DNA of 50,914 nt from contig JBNJGY010000010.1 in the NCBI GenBank assembly GCA_051748045.1, forward strand, positions 1 to 50,914, given 5' to 3'. This stretch comes from Thermotogota bacterium (lineage in GTDB: Bacteria; Thermotogota; Thermotogae; Petrotogales; Petrotogaceae). The translations under genes and the position numbers were made by a program. The notes under the pieces were generated by a model. It worked only from the letters and a program-made list of their open reading frames with translations, made no database searches and was not told the DNA's origin. This document shows, piece by piece, positions 45,775-50,914 of this stretch (within the stretch, counting starts at the first letter, position 1; each line of letters begins with the position of its first letter).

Positions 45775-47274
45775 TCAATTAAAAAATCTACTAATGTCAT
45801 TAAAAGCTATAAAAATCATAAGTCCAATTAATATTATAAAACCAATTACATGGATTAATGATTCAACTTTTGGATTTACTCTTCTTCTAGATATCATTTC
45901 GTAAAGAGAAAATATTATTCTTCCTCCATCTAAAGCTGGTAATGGAAGTAAATTGATGACACCTAAGTTTATTGTTATCAAAGCTAGTATATTAAGAATC
46001 GATTCAAATCCTGCTCTAGAAGCCTGCCCAATAATTGTGGCGATTCCTATAGGACCTGCTATTTCATCAGTTCCAGTTTGACCTGTAAATAATTGTTTAA
46101 TTACCTGAACAACTGATTCCATTAAAGTTTTAGCCCACCCAAAAGAGACAGGTAATATTTCAGTTAAAGAAGGTTTTAATCTATTATCAGATGTGTTTAC
46201 TATTCCAGGTTGAGAGAATATATTTATTAATTCTGTTTTATTAGTTTTTAAATCCGTTTTTTCACCATTTCTTATAACGGTCATTGATATTTCTGTATCC
46301 TCAAAAGGTTTGATAATATTATTTATTTGTTCGTTTGATATTTCTAACATAACAGTATCTTCAGGAATATTCAGCCTATTTATAGTATTAACAAAATCAA
46401 TACCATTATCAATTGATTTATCTTCAATTTCAGTTATAATATCTCCCTTTTGAAAAATTTGATAATCTTTTGCAATTACATTTGTAAATAAATCAAAATT
46501 AACTCCAATAATATATCTAGAACTAATAACATTTTTTGACTCTAATGTTCCTTGGATTTTTTTATCATTATTAGAAAATGTAATGGGATCCCCAGGTTCC
46601 ATTTTGCTTAAAACACTTATATCTTGTTCTATATTATTGATTTTTTCAATACTTGATATATCAGTATTCCCAGAAAAGTTGGATAATGTAATCACATATT
46701 CTTCTGGAACTTTCATAGGTGTAATTTCTTTTTCAATAGTTTTTTGATCTCTAATTATTTCTAAATTGATTTCTTCTCCTTCTCTTATTTCCAAATTAAG
46801 AATTTGTGAGTCGAATACATAGTCACCATTAACTTTTTTAATAATATCTCTTGATTGTATTCCTGCTTCGTAAGCAGGGGTATCTTCTCTTACTGATTGA
46901 ATTCTAACCTGTGGAAGGCCATATATTAATCCTGAAGTTGCTATTACAATTATACCAAGTATAAAAGAAAAAAGGGGACCTGCAAATGATATTAATAATT
47001 TTTGATATGGTTTCTTATTGAATAAAAGAGTTGGATCATCATTATCTTCAATATTTTCTAAATCATCTTCACCGGCTAATTTAACATAACCTCCAAGTGG
47101 AATCATTCTAATTGCAAAGTCAGTTTTTTTACCTTTTTTAAAAAATAACTTTGGCCCAAATCCAATTGAGAACTCCAAAACCTTCGTATTGAACATTTTA
47201 GCAAATATAAAATGACCAAACTCATGAACAACTACTATTACAGTAAAAATTATTAAGAACCATAGTATTGCCAT
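45775..47274 (-). CDS. rseP: RIP metalloprotease RseP
   Basis: HEFGH, FSIGFGP, PLGGYV, PDZ domains, NLLPLPALDGG. Confidence 0.95.
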   Translation of the reverse strand: MAILWFLIIFTVIVVVHEFGHFIFAKMFNTKVLEFSIGFGPKLFFKKGKKTDFAIRMIPLGGYVKLAGEDDLENIEDNDDPTLLFNKKPYQKLLISFAGPLFSFILGIIVIATSGLIYGLPQVRIQSVREDTPAYEAGIQSRDIIKKVNGDYVFDSQILNLEIREGEEINLEIIRDQKTIEKEITPMKVPEEYVITLSNFSGNTDISSIEKINNIEQDISVLSKMEPGDPITFSNNDKKIQGTLESKNVISSRYIIGVNFDLFTNVIAKDYQIFQKGDIITEIEDKSIDNGIDFVNTINRLNIPEDTVMLEISNEQINNIIKPFEDTEISMTVIRNGEKTDLKTNKTELINIFSQPGIVNTSDNRLKPSLTEILPVSFGWAKTLMESVVQVIKQLFTGQTGTDEIAGPIGIATIIGQASRAGFESILNILALITINLGVINLLPLPALDGGRIIFSLYEMISRRRVNPKVESLIHVIGFIILIGLMIFIAFNDISRFFN

Positions 47275-48407
47275 TATTGAACCTCCTTGATATGCTCTTC
47301 TGCGATTTTTCTACATTTTTTATCTAATTTGTATATATCTTCAAAATTATTTATTTTTAAATTGATTTTTTTTGTTTGTTCTATTACATAATTAATGGTT
47401 GATATTATATCTAAAAATTTTATTTTATCTTTTAAAAAATATTCAACCGCTACTTCATCAGCAGCATTTAGGGCTATATGTAATTTTTGATTTCCTAAAA
47501 TGTCTTCTAATAGTTTTAAAACAGGGTATTTATTATAATCAGGCTTCTCAAATTTAATTTCTGTATTAATTAAATCAGGTGATTGATACCTGTATTTTCT
47601 TTTCGGATAAGTTAATGCATATGCAATAGGTATTTTCATACTGGGTATTCCATAATGCATTTTAATAACACCATCTTTAAATTTTACCATTGAATGGATA
47701 TGAGAATTCCTATTAATAAAAATGTTTATTTTACTTGTTTTAAATAAATAAAATGCTTCAATAACTTCTAACATTTTATTAACCATTGAAGCGGAATCAA
47801 CAGTAATTCTTTTTCCCATTGACCAAGTAGGATGATTTAGAACTTCTTTTTTAGTGATATTTTTAAAATGATTGATAGGTATATCTCTTAAAGAACCTCC
47901 AGAAGCAGTTAACATAATTTCATCAACATTTTCTTCTCCTAAGATAAGTTGAAAAATTGCACTATGTTCACTGTCTACTGGAATTAATTCATTATTATTT
48001 TTTTTAAAAAGATTCAGTATTAAGTCTCCACCTAAAACAAGAGATTCTTTATTAGCTAAAGCTATTCTTTTTGAACAATTAGAAGCTTTTATAGTATGAG
48101 CTAATCCAGCAGCTCCAGAAGTGGCGATTAAAGAAATATCTGGGTTGGTTTTTTCTAATACTATTTCTGTTGAATCAGAACCAACAAATATTTCACAACC
48201 ATTATAATATTTTGGTATTTTTTCTTGTGGGTTTGAAATTGCTGCAAATTTAAGATGAAATTTATCAATCACTTTTTTTAGTTTTTTCCAATTAGAATTA
48301 ATTGAACCACCAATTATTTGAATATCATTATTTTCTGTTTCTTCAATTACTTCTTGTGTTTGAGTACCAATAGAACCGGTTATTCCAGAAATAAAAATGG
48401 TTTTCAT
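47274..48407 (-). CDS. dxr: 1-deoxy-D-xylulose-5-phosphate reductoisomerase
   Basis: GITGSIG, LANKESL, PVDSEHSAIFQ, TASGG, HPTWSMG, NAADE. Confidence 0.96.
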   Translation of the reverse strand: MKTIFISGITGSIGTQTQEVIEETENNDIQIIGGSINSNWKKLKKVIDKFHLKFAAISNPQEKIPKYYNGCEIFVGSDSTEIVLEKTNPDISLIATSGAAGLAHTIKASNCSKRIALANKESLVLGGDLILNLFKKNNNELIPVDSEHSAIFQLILGEENVDEIMLTASGGSLRDIPINHFKNITKKEVLNHPTWSMGKRITVDSASMVNKMLEVIEAFYLFKTSKINIFINRNSHIHSMVKFKDGVIKMHYGIPSMKIPIAYALTYPKRKYRYQSPDLINTEIKFEKPDYNKYPVLKLLEDILGNQKLHIALNAADEVAVEYFLKDKIKFLDIISTINYVIEQTKKINLKINNFEDIYKLDKKCRKIAEEHIKEVQ

Positions 48408-48483
48408 TAAAACACCTCTTCTTGCTTATTTTGTTAAAATAAATTATAATATAAATATATTCATTATTGTGGGGGTTTTTTCG

Positions 48484-49506
48484 TTGTCAAAAATATTCAT
48501 ATATAATTTAATATTCTCATTCTTTATAGGTTTATTTTTATTTATGCCTATAAATAGATTATACATCATATTAATTTTAATCTTGTATATATTTTTTAAC
48601 ATTTATCTTATCAAAAAGAATTCAAATAAAGACAAAGTATATAAAAATATTAAAACACACGACACTATAAGCCATCTTAAACATTTAATAAAAAATGAAA
48701 CAAGTTCTGAAGATGTAATTATAACAAACAATGAAGAGAATATTTATCCTGAATATCAGTTAATAGAATTAGATTTATCTTCTAATTATAAAGTTTATGT
48801 AAAAAATAAAAAAAAGAATTTAGATACTGAAGAAAAAAATTATATTATTTATATTTTAAACCTTTATAATGATTATCAAACAAAAAAGTACAAAGAAAAT
48901 GAGATAAGAAGAGAAGTGAAATTATCAAAAATTCAATTTATTTCTAAACTTAGGATATTGTCAGATAAGTTTGATTGTGGTAGGGATGGTCACACTAGAA
49001 GAGTTGGAAATTTATCAAAGCAACTAGCTTTAGACATTGGATTAAATGAAAAGTATTCATATGAAATAGGTTTATATGCACCGCTGCATGATATAGGAAA
49101 ATCACTTGTTCCTTCAAATATATTAAATAAACCAGGAAAATTAAATCGTCAAGAATATGAAATAATCAAAAAACATGTTTTATATGGAGCAGAAATACTT
49201 CAAGGTATAGATTGGTTAAAAATAGCTTGGGAAATATCTTTATACCATCATGAAAGATTTGGTGGAGGGGGTTATCCTTTCTCAATTTCTGGCAATAAAA
49301 TACCAGTATCAGCAAGAATTGTTTCTATTATAGATGTTTATGATTCAATTAGAGGGAAAAAAGTATACAAAGAAAATTTATCTCATAATGAAACTCTAGA
49401 AAAAATGATACAAATGCAAAATCATTATAAACATTTTGATCCTGAATATTTCGATATTTTTCTTAAAAATAATGAAAAATATGACATTATTTTTCATCAA
49501 AATTAA
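48484..49506 (+). CDS. Membrane-anchored HD-GYP domain phosphodiesterase
   Basis: Two N-terminal TMs; HTRRV, LHDIGK, HHERFGGGGYP, IDVYD; TTG 48484 follows GGGGG RBS. Confidence 0.85.
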   Translation: MSKIFIYNLIFSFFIGLFLFMPINRLYIILILILYIFFNIYLIKKNSNKDKVYKNIKTHDTISHLKHLIKNETSSEDVIITNNEENIYPEYQLIELDLSSNYKVYVKNKKKNLDTEEKNYIIYILNLYNDYQTKKYKENEIRREVKLSKIQFISKLRILSDKFDCGRDGHTRRVGNLSKQLALDIGLNEKYSYEIGLYAPLHDIGKSLVPSNILNKPGKLNRQEYEIIKKHVLYGAEILQGIDWLKIAWEISLYHHERFGGGGYPFSISGNKIPVSARIVSIIDVYDSIRGKKVYKENLSHNETLEKMIQMQNHYKHFDPEYFDIFLKNNEKYDIIFHQN

Positions 49507-49581
49507 TTATATGGCTTTTGTTAGATTTAACATTTTGTTTTTTTATAGTTAAGAAATTTAGTGTATTCTCATACTTAGAAA

Positions 49582-49613
49582 CTTTTAATAATAGTCCTGT
49601 GAGGCTATAAAGG
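49582..49613 (+). promoter_or_regulatory. PyrR-binding RNA loop overlapping the uraA Shine-Dalgarno
   Basis: CTTTTA-ata-ATAGTCCTGTGAGGCTAT-AAAGG matches the PyrR consensus UUUAA...ARUCCNGNGAGGYU. Confidence 0.85.
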
Positions 49614-49624
49614 AGGAATATAAT

Positions 49625-50860
49625 ATGGCTGAGTATGAAAGAACTATCAATTTAAAAGAAGGTTTTAGTTTAAAAGGTATTACAACAAAGAAATTTATTT
49701 TATCTTTACAACATTTCATCGCTATGTTTGGAGCTACAATACTAGTTCCATTGCTTACAGGTTTTGACCCTCTAGTAACACTCTTCGCAGCTGGTATAGG
49801 TACACTTCTTTTTCATTATTTAACAGGTTTTATAGTTCCAGTATTTTTAGGTTCTAGTTTTGCTTTTATAGCTCCAGTTTTAATGGTTAAAGAAGCGACC
49901 GGAGATTTATCTTATGCCTCAGGAGCAATTATGATATCTGGATTAACTTATCTAATATTTTCTTTAGTAGTTAAAATAATTGGTTATAATGTTTTAAGAA
50001 AGTTATTCCCTACAGTAGTTACTGGAACAATGATAATAATTATTGGTCTCACACTCGCTCCAACGGCTATCGACATGGCCTCTTCAAATTGGTTTATAGC
50101 ACTTTCCACACTTCTAACAGTAGTTATATTTTCTACATTCTTTAAAGGTTTTCTAAGTATGATACCTGTGTTAATAGGAGTTTTAGTAGGCTATTTAGTA
50201 GCCTCTATAACAGGTAATGTTGATTTCAATGCTGTTAATAACAGTTCTTGGTTATCTTTGCCAGAATTTATGTTACCAAAGTTTTCAATATACGCAATAT
50301 CTGTAACTGTACCGGTAGTCTTTGCAACTTTTATGGAACACATTGGTGATATAACAACAAATGGCGCAGTTGTAGGAAAAGATTTTATTAAAAAACCAGG
50401 ACTGCATAGAACATTAATGGGTGATGGACTAGCTACAGCATTTGCTGGTTTTGTGGGAGCCCCTGCTAATACAACATACAGTGAAAATACAGGAGTACTA
50501 GCATTAACTAAGAATTATAACCCAGCAATAATTAGAGGAGCTGCTTTACTAGCTATATTATTTTCTTTCTTATCAAAATTCGGTGTAATATTAAGAACAA
50601 TTCCTGAATCAGTAATAGGTGGAGTTAGTATAGTTCTTTTTGGAATGATAGCTTCCGTAGGAATTAGAACATTAGTAAATGAAAAAGTTGATTTAACTAA
50701 TTCAAAAAATCTATCTATAGTATCTTTAATGTTAATTCTTGGTTTGGGTGGAGCCTCAATTAAATTTGGAAATGTTGAATTTCAAGGTGTGGCATTAGCA
50801 GCTATAGTTGGATTAATTGCAAATTTAATAATACCTAATATGAAGAAAAAAAATAAATAA
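49625..50860 (+). CDS. uraA: Uracil permease (NCS2 family)
   Basis: QHFIAMFGAT, FLGSSFAF, EHIGD, TTYSENTG, LFGMIA; PyrR site upstream. Confidence 0.93.
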   Translation: MAEYERTINLKEGFSLKGITTKKFILSLQHFIAMFGATILVPLLTGFDPLVTLFAAGIGTLLFHYLTGFIVPVFLGSSFAFIAPVLMVKEATGDLSYASGAIMISGLTYLIFSLVVKIIGYNVLRKLFPTVVTGTMIIIIGLTLAPTAIDMASSNWFIALSTLLTVVIFSTFFKGFLSMIPVLIGVLVGYLVASITGNVDFNAVNNSSWLSLPEFMLPKFSIYAISVTVPVVFATFMEHIGDITTNGAVVGKDFIKKPGLHRTLMGDGLATAFAGFVGAPANTTYSENTGVLALTKNYNPAIIRGAALLAILFSFLSKFGVILRTIPESVIGGVSIVLFGMIASVGIRTLVNEKVDLTNSKNLSIVSLMLILGLGGASIKFGNVEFQGVALAAIVGLIANLIIPNMKKKNK

Positions 50861-50870
50861 ATATATAAAT

Positions 50871-50914
50871 AAAAGAAAGAAGGATTAAAATTAATTTTAA
50901 TCCTTCTTTCTTTT
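50871..50914. terminator. Terminator after uraA
   Basis: 44-bp perfect palindrome AAAAGAAAGAAGGATTAAAATT/AATTTTAATCCTTCTTTCTTTT. Confidence 0.85.

Noticed and set aside
48397-48483. Extended N-terminus of the HD-GYP gene
   Set aside because: Overlaps the divergent dxr start and promoter; TTG 48484 has an RBS.

Overview
Very AT-rich bacterial chromosomal window with about 43 genes, almost all housekeeping. Gene content and style suggest Thermotogota, probably Petrotogales; this is an inference from GGAGGTG-type RBSs, frequent TTG starts, fhs-folD, psuG, PPi-PFK, a P-loop-less HolB and scattered flagellar genes. No rRNA, tRNA, CRISPR array, IS element or prophage is visible. Main blocks: glgX-fhs-folD-M42 peptidase; xer-nadE; malY-pgm; hydrolase plus two bPH paralogues; psuK-psuG-B12-binding protein-ABC transporter; tetR-RNA methyltransferase-dacB; phd-msmX; cas6-pfp; sua5-coaX-radical SAM-fliT-like; glnA; a long minus-strand operon dxr-rseP-ispG-yaaR-holB-ricT-tkt-rnc-two radical SAM genes-bEBP-like-fliJ; HD-GYP; uraA. 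Most interesting observations: (1) two orphan defence-family genes each lead a sugar-metabolism operon, namely stand-alone cas6 before pfp and a toxin-less Phd antitoxin with a perfect operator before the ABC ATPase; (2) a leader terminator upstream of the pseudouridine catabolism genes; (3) a duplicated ~54-bp promoter module at ~1.0 and ~4.9 kb; (4) a difH-like palindrome in a 637-bp intergenic gap, 11 kb from a lone xer gene; (5) a CarH-like B12 domain with no DNA-binding domain coupled to an ABC transporter; (6) a LipS1-like radical SAM; (7) a catalytically degenerate bEBP near repeated TGAAA-N4-TTTCA boxes upstream of glnA; (8) a PyrR loop covering the uraA RBS.
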